Origin: Octopus sinensis
Lineage: Eukaryota
Assembly (NCBI RefSeq): GCF_006345805.1
Contig: NC_043000.1
Coordinates: 82,026,001-82,090,000 of the forward strand
Direction of reading: 5' to 3'
DNA length: 64,000 nt
Positions 49,260 through 62,104 of the stretch are shown here, one piece after another; position 1 is the stretch's first letter, and each line of letters starts with the position of its first letter. The notes beneath the pieces are model-generated. The model did no database searches. It was not told the origin of the DNA and saw only the letters and a list, made by a program, of their open reading frames with translations. Position numbers and translations under genes: made by a program.

Positions 49260-50155
49260 ACTATGTGGTTGATAGGAAGAGGAAAGAACAAATCGGGAGT
49301 GCAAAAATGTAGACAACACGACTCCAGCCACCTCCGGGGACCAAACTTCGTTGTAGTTTTGGCGATAAAGACACGGAAATGAGGAGGAGAGAACAAGTTG
49401 ATGGGTCAGATGTTGAAAATGTATTTGTAGGCAACTGAACACTAGTCAGACAGAGCGTCTTGTTTAGAAAGTCATCTTGAATGTTTATGTATGTAGCAGA
49501 AGCACTGTTCTATCTAATAGAGTAGTATGCCATCCCTCTCCACGTCGTTTTTGACTCATTAATGTAGGAGATCCAAACTCTGTGTAGTGATGGATGCTCA
49601 AATTTGGGGCTTTTCATTCACACATCTTGTCGTTTTAAATTCCTTCGCCACTTTTGCTTATTGTTTTCATGTTGTGACTCTTTACCAGGTTTCAACCTTT
49701 CTTAAATGGAAATGTAGTAGATACTCCGTAGGGTTTGTAAAATGAAACAATCAAACTTACACGATCTTCTAAAACAGGAAGTTGGATAACCGTGACAGGC
49801 AAACACACGTAATTTTCCTTATATAGAGATTTAATAATCAATGAACAACACGTGCTTAGCTTTCATTGGTTAATTTATATTTAATACTATAAATGATGCA
49901 AAATGCGCACGCGTTTGTTTGCATGTGTGTGTGCGTGTGCGCGCGCGTGTGTATAAATACGTACATACACGCATTTAGACAATGATATACATGTATACAC
50001 ACATACATTCATACATACATCAATATATACTATTTCTTTATTAACATACATCAATATATACGATGCATTAGAGTGTGCGAGATAGAGCGAGAGGATGGAA
50101 TAGTAAAAGATAGTGTGAACAAGAAAGTCGGAGAAAGAAATAGAGAAAGAAAGAA

Positions 50156-50186
<31 letters not shown>

Positions 50187-50816
50187 TGCGAGAGAGAGAG
50201 AGTCAGAGAGAGGAAAAGAAAATACAAAGGGAGAGAGGGAGAGAGAGAGGATGGGTGGGGATATAAAGGAAATGACTTGAATTAATCTCTCCGCTAGAGA
50301 GTTAACTAGAAGCAAAAAAGAAAAAGTTAAATTATTCAGTTCTATTTTCCCTTTCTTTTACTCACCTGTTGACTACTTCTTATCTTCCTTTAAACTTCTC
50401 TTCAGTTTTTCCTCTGCTGTCGTCTGACATCTTCCTGGGTGTTTTTGTTTTATCGTTTGATATCTTTTTTAATATCATTTTTTAATATTTTTTCTCGTTT
50501 TCTTCAAATATCGTCTGCATTTCCTCATGTCTTTTCTCTCTTTTCGTCTCAGTTTCCTTTCTGTCTCCTCGTTCATCGTCTTTCTTTCTTCCGTTCTTCC
50601 AATGTTCATCTTTCTTTTCTTTTCCCTCATATTGTTGTCTGTCCTTTTGCATTTTTTCTGTTTTCGTTTTTTTCTTTTGTCACCTTTCTTTCTATTCCTC
50701 TTACTTTCTCCTACCCTCTTATTAATTCTTTCATACATTCACTTTTTTCTTTCATTTTTCTTTCTTTCATTTTTCTTTCTTTCATTTTTCTTTCTTTCAT
50801 TTTCTTTCTTTCATTT

Positions 50817-50856
<40 letters not shown>

Positions 50857-50857
50857 T

Positions 50858-50889
<32 letters not shown>

Positions 50890-50971
50890 TTTTCTTTCTT
50901 TCTTCTTTTCGTCTTTCATTTCCTTTCTTTCTTTCTTCTTCTTCTTTCAATCTTCCTTTCTTTCTTTTCTT

Positions 50972-51071
50972 NNNNNNNNNNNNNNNNNNNNNNNNNNNNN
51001 NNNNNNNNNNNNNNNNNNNNNNNNNNNNNNNNNNNNNNNNNNNNNNNNNNNNNNNNNNNNNNNNNNNNNNN
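50972..51071. other. Assembly gap (100 N) within a (CTTT)n-rich tract
   Basis: Run of 100 n; the fixed length suggests a scaffolding gap of unknown true size. Confidence 1.
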
Positions 51072-51593
51072 CCTCTGCCTCATTTCCTTCCACCCATCTC
51101 ACATGTTCTCCCTTTATTTTACCCCATCTTTCTCTTTTCTCTTCATTGTTCCTCCTTCCTTTCTTCTCCCTTCATTCCTCCCTTTAATCCGTCCTCCCTT
51201 CATCCACCTAGTTAATACCACCCACCCATCCCTTATTCGTTGCCATAGTTACATTATAACTCTGCTCTATTTACCAGATCGCATCAATACAATCCACTCA
51301 CTAATAATGGGTTTCTTCCCTTAGTTTGTTCATTGTTTGTTACAGGCTTGTTTATCCTATGTTTACTATCTGTTCATATAATATATATTGTCTGTTCATC
51401 GGCCTCACTGCATGGCACTTTGGGTAAGTGTCTCTTACTATCGCCCCGGGTCGACCCAATTCGTGTGACGGAAACTGAAAGGAGTCTGTTGTTTATATAA
51501 GTGTGTGTGTGCGTATGTGTGTGCATGTGTGTATGTGTGTGTGCGCGCGCGCGTGTTTGTGTGTGTGTGTGTGTATTACACACACACACATAC

Positions 51594-51751
51594 CAGGTGC
51601 GGTCCCAAGAATTTTTCGAAGGGAGTCACAAGGTCAGAAGGGAATATAATTTCAGGAGAAAAAGGCGCAATAACATTATTTAGAAGGGCGTACTTCTTTT
51701 CTTGAGGGGGTCACGTGCCCCTCAGACCCCCTCCTCTTGGGTCCGTCCCTG
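51594..51751. mobile_element. Small MITE inserted in (CA)n
   Basis: TIRs caggtgcggtcccaaga / tcttgggtccgtccctg (14 of 17 complementary). Confidence 0.7.
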
Positions 51752-52629
51752 CACACACATACAAACACACATACACACAAAGGGAGGGGGAGAGAGAAGA
51801 GAGAGAAAGAAAAAGAGAGATACATGTGTGTGTGTGGTGTGTGCGTGTGTGTGCATGTATATATCTATTTGTATATCTGTATATATATATATTTGTATAT
51901 CTATTTGTATATATATTTGTATATCTTCGTGTTTGAGTTTGTTCACCACCACCGCTTAACAGCCGGTGTTCATTTGTTTACGTCTCCATAACTTAGCGTT
52001 TCACTAAAACGATATCAATAGAATAAGTACCAAAATTAAAAAAGAATACTGGGGTCGATTTGTTCGACTGAACCTTTCAAAGCGATGCCCCAGCGTGGCC
52101 GCAGTCCAATAACTAAAACAGGTTAAATATAAAAGTAAAAAAGATTATCTGTCTGTCGTATGTTCATTGCGCATGTACATGGCATACTCAATGTCCTGTG
52201 TTCATGACATGTTCAACGTCCGTGATCATGACGTTCATTGCCTGTTTAAGGTATGCTTACTGCCAATTTATATGATGTATTTACAAGCTGTTTATAGAAC
52301 GTTTAGCGTCTGTTTATATTAGGTTTACTGTCCGTTTATGCTATGTTTATTGACTATTCATGGTATATTTACTGTCGCTTTATCGTACGTTTACTCTCTG
52401 TCAATGGCTTTTAAAATTTTTTATTTTTTATTTTTATCATTTCCTAGTTACGATCTCCCGAGAGCGGCCAAGCTAGGGCACTGCTTCGAGGGTTTTAGTC
52501 AAATATTGCGATCTCAGTATTTGATACATTCTACTACTTATTCTACTTGTTTCTAATTTATTATTTTGATGTAACTGTCCACTATTTTTTTAACTCGCAG
52601 AGTTGTCAAACACAAACACACAAACACAA

Positions 52630-52663
<34 letters not shown>

Positions 52664-52966
52664 CATACATACATACATACATACATACATACATACATAC
52701 ATACACACACACATACATACATACATATATACATGCATACATACGTACGTACATATATGCATACATACGTACGTACATATATGCATACATTGACACGTAC
52801 ATACATCCATACATAAGCACACACATAAACATGTGTGTATGTGTGTATATGTATATATATACACACACATATATATATATGCATACGTACATATATATAT
52901 ATATACATGCATATATAGATACATTTGTATAAATTTATGTATATAGTTATATATAAGTGCTTTATA

Positions 52967-53333
52967 CAGGAGTGGCTGTGTTGTAAGTAGCTTGCTTACC
53001 AACTACATGGTTCCGGGTTCAGTCCCACTGTGTGGCACCTAATATAACCTCTTTTAATATAGCCTCGGGCCGACCAAAGACCTGTGATTGGATTTGGTAG
53101 ACGGAAACTGAAAGAAGCCCGTCATATATGTATTTATGTGTGTGTTTGCCCCTATCAACATCGCTTGACAACCGAAGATGGTGTGTTTACGTTCCTGTAA
53201 CTTAGCGGTTCAGCAAAAGTGACCGATAGAATAAGTACTAAGCTTACAAAGAACAAGTCATGGGGGCGATTTGCTCGGCTAAAGGTGGTGCTCCAGCATG
53301 GCCGTAGTTAAATGACTGAAGCAAGTAAAAGAA
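52967..53333 (+). mobile_element. Full-length SINE family B copy
   Basis: caggagtggctgtgttgtaag (A box region), ggttccgggttcagtccc (B box region), internal short TA/TG tract, tail gactgaagcaagtaaaaga. Confidence 0.93.
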
Positions 53334-55483
53334 GACATGTATATGTATTTATTATGTATACCTCTGTGTTTGTGTGTGTGTGTATGTATGTCTGTATGTA
53401 TAAATATGTGTGTGTGCGTATATATGTATGTGTGTGTGAGTGTTTGTGTGTGTGTGCATATTAGGCACTACTGTTGAAATAATCTCATTAGGAAGGTGCC
53501 CAGCAATTCCAGCTCGTCTTCTAAAATTCAAAAAGTACCACAGGTGTTTCCCCGCGTGATAACCATCCAATAACGTTTACGATCCCGTTTTAATTTAATC
53601 ACCCGTCGATGGAACGACCCTTTCAGCTTTATTGTCATTTTAGAAAACATGACACTTGTCAAGACATCACTGCTTTTGTTCGGCTGTCAAGAATTGGATT
53701 CACGTTCAATTTTCCATAAAATAACCAGACTATATAACTAATTCTTCACACGTGAGCAAGTCGATGGGTTATTGTGTAACAATCCTTATAGATGAATTTA
53801 CGGTTATTTTCCCGCGTTTTCTATTGTTTCGCTCCTTATTGATCGTCCTGAATGCTCATATTTAACCGCACTCGACTGACATTACGCATCCAACTGAAAT
53901 TGTGCATCCAACTGAAAACTCGGAAACTGACTTTAAGACTGTACACCAACATCTTGAAGTGCATTTTGGATCTTTGTAGTAGAATTGCCGAGTTTTATGT
54001 AAAATTTGATGCAGGCGCGTTGCTGGAATTTGTCAGCAGTAGTAGAAATCAGAGAGCTGTTCGAATATAATTGAATAAACTCGCCTAATAACTGTACACA
54101 AAAAATCATTATGGAACCTATTTGTGACGAAGTAAGCTGGCTGCCAATAATCGCCAGCTGTGCATGGAGTCAATTCGAAGCTACAGTATAAGACATTTGC
54201 CCAAGATGTACAGTGATCCATTGACTGTCGGATTATAAACCTAATTCACTGAACTTGTTATATCCTGTTATTTAGATGCCTGTAGCAGAGAGAAGTCCAC
54301 TTTCTTGCTAACATTCTGATCTCAGGAATAACGCGCCATATTAAAGAGTTATTTTCGACTGCAACATCCTGCGTAGTTCCACCTTTCTTAAGAGAGTATA
54401 GATGGTAATAATTCTCCAGCAGAGATCACCATGAGATAGGACAGTCGTAACACATTTAAAGGCTGCTGTATTTGCTAGGTCAGCCAGTTGATATTCTTAT
54501 AAGGATCGAAGAGTTGATGACCGACCACTCATTAAACATGGTTTACTCCCCCCTTTCTTCCTACAGGCTTACTAATTCTTCAATTCAATAGACATTTTTT
54601 TTGTTGTTTTGATTTTGTGGCACACTGGAGATCAAAAGAAAAAAAAATTGTGGACTTCATGTTTTTCAAGATGATCAAGAATTAGTGTGGATATTTTTGA
54701 AGTCTTAAAAAGTATTTTTATGAATTTGTTACGCACACAGATACCTTTTTGTATGCAGAGACTTTGTAACTACCCACACTTATACGCGAGCCTAATGTTT
54801 AGGGTGTTGTGGTCACGATCATGTACAATTGATTCTTGGATAGAGCGGCATAGTGTGTTCCTGTTAAGCTTTTAATTCATGTGAAGAAAATGTTGTTTTT
54901 TTCATGCTGTAATCATCTAATTAAAAAAAAAATGTGTCTGAAACAACTGTAGTAAACTTGACCCATTTGAGTTGTTTATGCAAAGCAGCACACCGAGAAC
55001 CTCTCCTGCGTTGAATCTGGAACTCACAGTGGCTCATGAAGCTGCGTACCTGCCTCCATGTATATATAATTTCATACACATGCATATTTGTATAGATGTG
55101 AATATTGATTGCTTCGTGTGCATGTATATGTAAGTGTTGAGGCATGTCCGCATATACATTTACAAAATATGCGTGGGTGTTCGTATACAGTATAGAACGA
55201 ATATGCTAATCTCGACCATCACTTGGTGTCCTTATTAAAATACCTTGAGTCAAATGAATCCTACAAATAATTAATTAGTTAATTATATACATACACGCAG
55301 ACAGAGAGACAGACAGACAGACACACACACACACACATGATGTCCGTATTAAGTTCATTCACTGAACCATCAGGATTATCTAGTGCAGATTAATAAAATA
55401 TAGTATATATTCCTGTGGCTATTTATAAATGCATGTGCATACGAACACACACACATGCATACGTGTTTCTTTCTGTGTGTGTG

Positions 55484-55517
<34 letters not shown>

Positions 55518-55651
55518 CGCGTGTGTGTGCGTGTGTGCGTGCGCGCGCGTGTGTGCCTGTGTATGTGTGTGTGTGTGTTTGATTTTATCTCTTGGTAGAC
55601 GTAGAAACAATTTATTAATGTAAGTTCAGAAGGTTCCTGCCATAATATTTA

Positions 55652-55985
55652 ATCTTTTATTTGCTTCAGTCATTTGACTGCGGCCTGAATACATCGACCA
55701 AACCCCTGTGCTTATGTTTTAAGCTTTGTCCTTATTTTATCGAACCGCTAAGTTATAGGAATGTAAATAAACCAGTACCGTTTGCTAAGTGGTAATGATA
55801 CACACAAGCGCGCGAGGGTTTCCGCACAGTTGCCCCCGACCAAATTCATTCACAAAGCATTGCTTGGTTCAGAGGTATATAGCACATGACATGTGACCAA
55901 GCTGCCACGCATGGAACTGAACTCAGAACCATGTGGCTGGATAGGAAACTTCTTACCACACAGCCATGCCTGCACCTGCGCCTAT
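55652..55985 (-). mobile_element. SINE family B copy (diverged)
   Basis: ttgcttcagtcatttgactgcggc...aaccatgtggctgg..cttaccacacagcca. Confidence 0.8.
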
Positions 55986-56363
55986 GCATATAAACAATCT
56001 TACCAACCATCGAACAAGCCACCCAGCCAATTCCCCGTCCAACCATCCAAGCAGCCAACCAGCCATCCACCCACGCACCCGCTGACCAACCAGCCAGCCA
56101 GCCAGCCAACCAATCAGTTTGTTAGTTTAACCAAAGAGCTCACCATAATATCCGCTCCAGTTTCTCCATTTCTCCAACCAACCAATGAATCAATCAATAC
56201 GCGTTTAACCAGCTGACCACTGAACCGTTCAACCCATGAACACCAGTCACACTGGTCAGCAAGCTACACTGTGTGTGTGTTTGCGCGCGCGCGTATATGC
56301 TTTCAAGTATGCGTGTGCATTTGTATGTATATACATACATACATACATACATACACGCATAAT

Positions 56364-56415
<52 letters not shown>

Positions 56416-56479
56416 CATATATAAATAAGGATAAGACCGTTATTTAAAATACCGATCTTATCAGGTGGCCAGCATATAC

Positions 56480-56531
<52 letters not shown>

Positions 56532-57397
56532 ATGTAAGTGATTGGGCGTGTATGTCCGTGTATATAATATGTATGTGGTTAAAGCACACGTGTGTTTGTG
56601 TATATAGGTATATAGGCTTGCCTGTGTGTGACTGTATATACTTTTATGAGCATGAGCGTGTGTGCATATGTGTGTTAGTGCATGTGCGTGAGCGTTTGTA
56701 CATAAGTATATATGTGCGTTTGTGTATGTATGTGCACCAGCGAATGTGTGTATATGTGTGTGTGCGTGTGTGTGTGGGGGGTGTCTATGTGTTTGCTGTG
56801 TTTCTTCTTTTGAGCATGCATGTGTGTTTATATGTGCTTTTCTGCAGGTGCATATATGCGTGTGTGTGTGTATGAGTGTTTGTGTGTATGAGTGTTTGTG
56901 TGTGAGTGTTTGCACGCGAACATGTGTGCGTGTGAGTGTCAGTTAGTAGAAGTAGCAGCAGCAGCCAGTTGATTGTATGTCGGGAGTTGTATCAACACCT
57001 TGATGTTTGTATGTGTAGGAGTTCGATAAAGGAAGGGATAGTTTCCGGGGGATAAGAATGGAGTGTGTATTGTAAGCAATTGCGTGTGAGAGAGAAGGAG
57101 ATAAAGATAACAAAAGAAGAAACAGAATGAGTGGGAGAGAGGCGGGGAGAGAGAGGGAGTGAGAGGGTAGAAGGTGAGTGAAGATGGAAGGGTGGTGGGA
57201 CCGAAAGGGAAAGAAAAGAGGAGGAAAAGGCGTACGTGTGTGAGAGAGACAGGAAACTGAATGGGTCTGAAAAAGCGGTGGGGACTCTGTGGGTGTGGGT
57301 GTGTGTGTGAGAGAGAGAGAGAAATTGTACGAGACTGAGAGTGAGAAAAAGTAAACTACAGAGGGGCTAACCAGAAAGATAGAGAAGTAAAGATGGG

Positions 57398-57482
<85 letters not shown>

Positions 57483-57907
57483 TGATGGATGGATGGATAG
57501 ATAGATAGACAGTTAGAGAGGGGGAAGAAGGGAGAGAGGGGAAGAGAAGGGAGAGGGGGAAGAGAAGGGAGAGGGGGAAGAGAATGGAGAGAGGGGAAGA
57601 GAAGGGAGAAGGGGAAGAGAAGGGAGAGAGGGGAGAGAGAGGACGATAGCACACTTCATTGATAACAATTTTTTAAGGTGAAGGAGGGAGGATTGATAAA
57701 AAGAAACAAAGGACAAAATCAAGAAAGAGAAAGAGGGAGAGAGAGAGAGAAAGATGGAGGGGAGGGAGACAGAGAGAGGGAAGAAGAGAGATAGAAAGAG
57801 AGAGAGAGAGAGAGGGGGGATCATTGTTCACACTTAAAAGATATGATGTGGTGTAAAATTACCTGGGATGTTTTAGTGTAGCGGCAGTAAGGATCAAGAG
57901 GATATTC

Positions 57908-58062
57908 TTTTCTTTTCTACTCTAAGTACAAGACCCGAACTTTTGGGGGAGGGGGCAGTCGAATAGATTGACCCCAGTACGCAACAGGTAGTCAATTTAT
58001 CGACCCTGAAAGGATGAAAGGCAAAGTCGACCTCGGCGGAATTTGAACTCAGAACATTCAGA
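57908..58062 (-). mobile_element. SINE family A copy, 5'-truncated
   Basis: gaccctgaaaggatgaaaggcaaagtcgacctcggcggaatttgaactcagaac. Confidence 0.88.
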
Positions 58063-58084
58063 CGAGGGGATCAAGACGATATTA

Positions 58085-58560
58085 TGTAAGGGATTGTTTC
58101 CTCTACATACATACCTACATACGTACATACATACATACATATATACATACATACATACATACATACATACATACATACATACATACATACATACATGCAT
58201 ACATACATACATACATGCATGTATGCATACATACATACATACATGCATACATAGTCATACATATATATACATACATGCATGCATACATACATATATGCAT
58301 ACATAAACACATGCATACATACATACATACACATATACATAAATGCGTACATACATGCATGCATGCATACATGCATACATACACACATGCATGCATATAT
58401 ACATACATACATACATACACACATGCATGCATGAATGCATACATACATACATACATACATACATGCATACATACATACATACATACATACATACATACAT
58501 ACATACACACATGCATGCATACATACATGCATGCATACATACATACATACATACATATAT
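58085..58560. repeat. (TACA)n/(TGCA)n compound microsatellite, ~470 bp
   Basis: Direct inspection. Confidence 0.97.
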
Positions 58561-58813
58561 ACATATCTACAGCATGGCAAATGTAGAGTACCCTTTAAGT
58601 GGCCTTTTTGAACATTTTCTTCAACAACTATGCTGACACTCAAAGACTAAATCAGTAACTAGTATATTTCTTATGTTATGAATAAGCGAAATACCTGTTA
58701 GTTACCAACATGGTGCCATTCAGGCCGGATTAAAAAATACCGGTTGAAATTTCGCTCGTACGATCATGAATGAAAGTGATAACAATATCATCATCATCAT
58801 CATCATCATCATC

Positions 58814-58853
<40 letters not shown>

Positions 58854-58899
58854 CTGATACCAAAACAAGCATTACTACGACACACTGAATTATTTAACA

Positions 58900-61800
58900 A
58901 CGTAAGAACACTTCTCGTTTTACACGGACTTTACATTTAAACAAAGACATACTCCGATTCCATGAAAAAGCCCGGGTGGACCCTTCTCTCATTTATATAA
59001 AGAGGCTAAACAATGCGCTGGAAGGTGTGCATGCAAACTTAAACTATTTTACACCAAAACAGCTTTGGCAACAAGCATCTTTCTTTGCAGAAAATTAATT
59101 TTAAAAAAATTTAAAAAACGGCTATCACAGCAGATAGTAAGTGCTATTCGGTCTCCTCAAAATACTAAAAAGCGACCATACTCTACCATAGGAGAGATCG
59201 AAAGTAATGTAAAGAAACTGTTGCTACCATCACTAAACTGACAAATATCTCCACTTGTAACTGATTTGATAGAAACAACAATGGAATATATTCAGCTTTG
59301 GAATATTTTGAAGCTAGAGTTACTAAAATTTTTTTCCAGTTTTTCGAAGTTGTCGTTGAGCGGAAGCCATCCTTAAAATAATATATAAAGATCCAACTGC
59401 TTTTATGTCGAAAAGTGTCGATGATGTTACTGGGGAATACATGGAATCATGCGATGTTAATTACTGGACAATAAATACCTTCATATAAACAGCTATTTGT
59501 ACTCTTAAAGATCACATAGGAAAAACCTGCAATGCACTACGTCGACTTGAGGAAGCTCTTGAGGAAAGGCTAACTACTTTAAAGTAAGAACACAGGACAC
59601 TGAGCGAAAATCTTTTCGAGCCAGCCAGCATGAATTACAAGTTTGCTTCCAATCCACAGGCATTATACCAAGAAATGAAGAAGGAAAACATTGCTGTTTT
59701 CTCAAACATTGAATCACTCTGGTCTAAGATCAGGAATGAAAACAGATTTCAGTTAGAATACATCGTCGCTAAATTTAGTTACAAAAGAATACTGTAGCTA
59801 ACACCAACAGTAGAATATGTACAATCGACTCTGAAATCTTCACGATAGCTGTAGGCAAATTGTATAATGAGAAGGTACCTGGAAAACACTTAATTGATAC
59901 TGCTACAATAGGCTGACTTCCTGTAGAAAGCCATTTGTTCAAAAGTACTATCGAAGGCCAGACTGACATAACAAACTGGCTAACTCGGGCACGGACGATT
60001 GTTGTAGCCAAGAATGAAACTACACATTTGGCAGAAAACTATAGACCAATTTCTTACCTAAACATTAGGTACAAGCTTCACACCAGCTGTCTCAACCAAT
60101 TCTTCCAGCATCTTTGTGAGTTCAACAGTGTAATGACTGATGAGCAGACAGCTAAAAGGATAGTGGTGTGGAGATGTGCGGAATAACTTTCGGTAAACAA
60201 AGCTGTTCTGTCTGAAGTAAAGAAACACCACAGAAACCTTGTGACAGTATATAGGAAAGTATTCGATTCATGGCTGCCGAAGTCCCTGCATTTAGCGAAA
60301 GTACCTGCTACTTAGCAGCTGCCATTAAGATGCTCACAAAGACCTGGGCAAAAATCCTCTCACTCACAAGGGAGAATGGAACGATTGTCTCCGATATAAC
60401 AAATATTTCGAAGGAAGTATTTTTCTGTAATTTTGCTTATTTTGACATTAAATCTGTTATTATTCCTATTACAAAACTCAAGCTGCTACATGATAGGGTC
60501 TGCAACTTCTAGAGATAGCAATGCCACCCATAATCTTTGTGTATGACCCGAAAATCTATGTTAAAAATGTTTACAATGCCAAAAAAACAGATGGAGTTAA
60601 TTACAACATTTTTAGCTGACATAGGAATGGAATTTAGCCAAAAGAAATGTTAGTATTTGATTGTTGAACGTGGAAAAATCAGTCTCCCATACTCCAGACC
60701 TGTATCAACTGTCACTCTGTCTCTCCTATTCTACACAAAAGAATGCTACAAAAACCTAGGCATTGAGGAAAATATTTCATATGAAGGTGCTGTGAATAAA
60801 GATAGAGTGACCTGAGAATATTACACCAAACTTAGTTATATATAGCAGTCAGAGCGCTCCGCAGTATTCCATAATGCATTCGCCATACCCCTATTGATAT
60901 CAATATTTGGAATACTTGACTGGTCTGTAAAGGAAATCCACCCCATAGACATTAAACCGACAAGATCTTGACATCAACTGGAAACTTTTACAGAAACAGT
61001 GATATTGATTGGCTCTACCTAAGAAGAGATGAGGGCGTTAAGGGCTTGAGGTGAGGGCGTTAAGGGCGTTAAGGGCGTTAAGGGCTTGAGGTCAGTGCAG
61101 ATAGTCAGATTTTTGTATAGTATGTGCAGATTTTTGTATAGTATTTCTCAGACAGCACCTGCTAAACAACAGCAGTAAAAATAAATATATGAACTTAATA
61201 CTAAGAAGCAATGTAAACAACGTGTTACATTTCGGCAGTGAGCTACTCAGGAAACATTCTTTACCTGACGACCTTCTATACACTCCCAAAACATCTGGAC
61301 TAACATACTTCAAATAAGACCTGGATGAGAAACGCTCAGTATACCAAAAAAGGATCACTTATAGGTATATCTCCCGAAAACTTGAAAGAAACAGTAATAT
61401 CAACATGAAATGCAGCCCTCTTGGATTCATAACCTCTACATCTCATCACACTTTGAAGGCTCCGCATTTGCAATCCAAGAGCAAGAGATGGCTACTGAAT
61501 AACTCATAAAAGAAAGAGACAGTGGGGTCCTTAGTCCCCCCAAAATATCAATTATTCCAGATTTCTGTGTAAGACATCACACACGTGATCCCCAAAATAT
61601 CAAGGACCACCTCTCAATGTGACACGATGTTGTTCCTAAAACAATATATAATGTCACACAAAACATAAAAAAGACTGACCTGAGATAAATATAGAGAATC
61701 GCCCTGTTATTGAATAAATAAACATCAACACAAGGAATATCGGTGGAACATTTCAACCAGCACTTCTATGAAGTGTAAACATAACAAACCAGATATTGTT

Positions 61801-61930
61801 ATTTGGAACGACCAGAAAAAGTATATATCGTCACAAAGACCAGCTGCACAATTGGAAAATCAAAGCGAATGAGGATAACTATGGACAGCCTCTATACCCA
61901 GATTATAGATCCACATTTATACCAATAAAG
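58900..61930 (+). mobile_element. Old, heavily decayed, near-full-length R4/Dong-type non-LTR element
   Basis: Ordered remnants: F.SNP..YQEMKK; TNWLTRARTIVVAKNETTHLAENYRPISYLNIRYKL; YRKVFDSW; DIGMEFSQKKC; YKNLGIEE; SDIDWLYLRRDEGVKGL; SAFAIQEQEMAT; NKPDIVIW; preceded by (CAT)n(CAA)n. Boundaries approximate. Confidence 0.8.
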
Positions 61931-62008
61931 AGTAGAACGAAGTACCACTAAGCATTTTGTCCAGAGTGCTAACGATTCTCTCTGCTCACTGCTTTAATAA
62001 TAATAATG

Positions 62009-62081
<73 letters not shown>

Positions 62082-62104
62082 TAATAATGATGATGATGAT
62101 GAAG

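Noticed and set aside
50439-51324. Long 258/265-aa ORFs
   Set aside because: Pyrimidine simple repeats read through a 100-N gap.
61030-61095. (GTTAAGGGC)n as a telomere-like repeat
   Set aside because: It derives from local slippage of LINE codons for EGVKGL (the GGRGL motif); only a few units are present.
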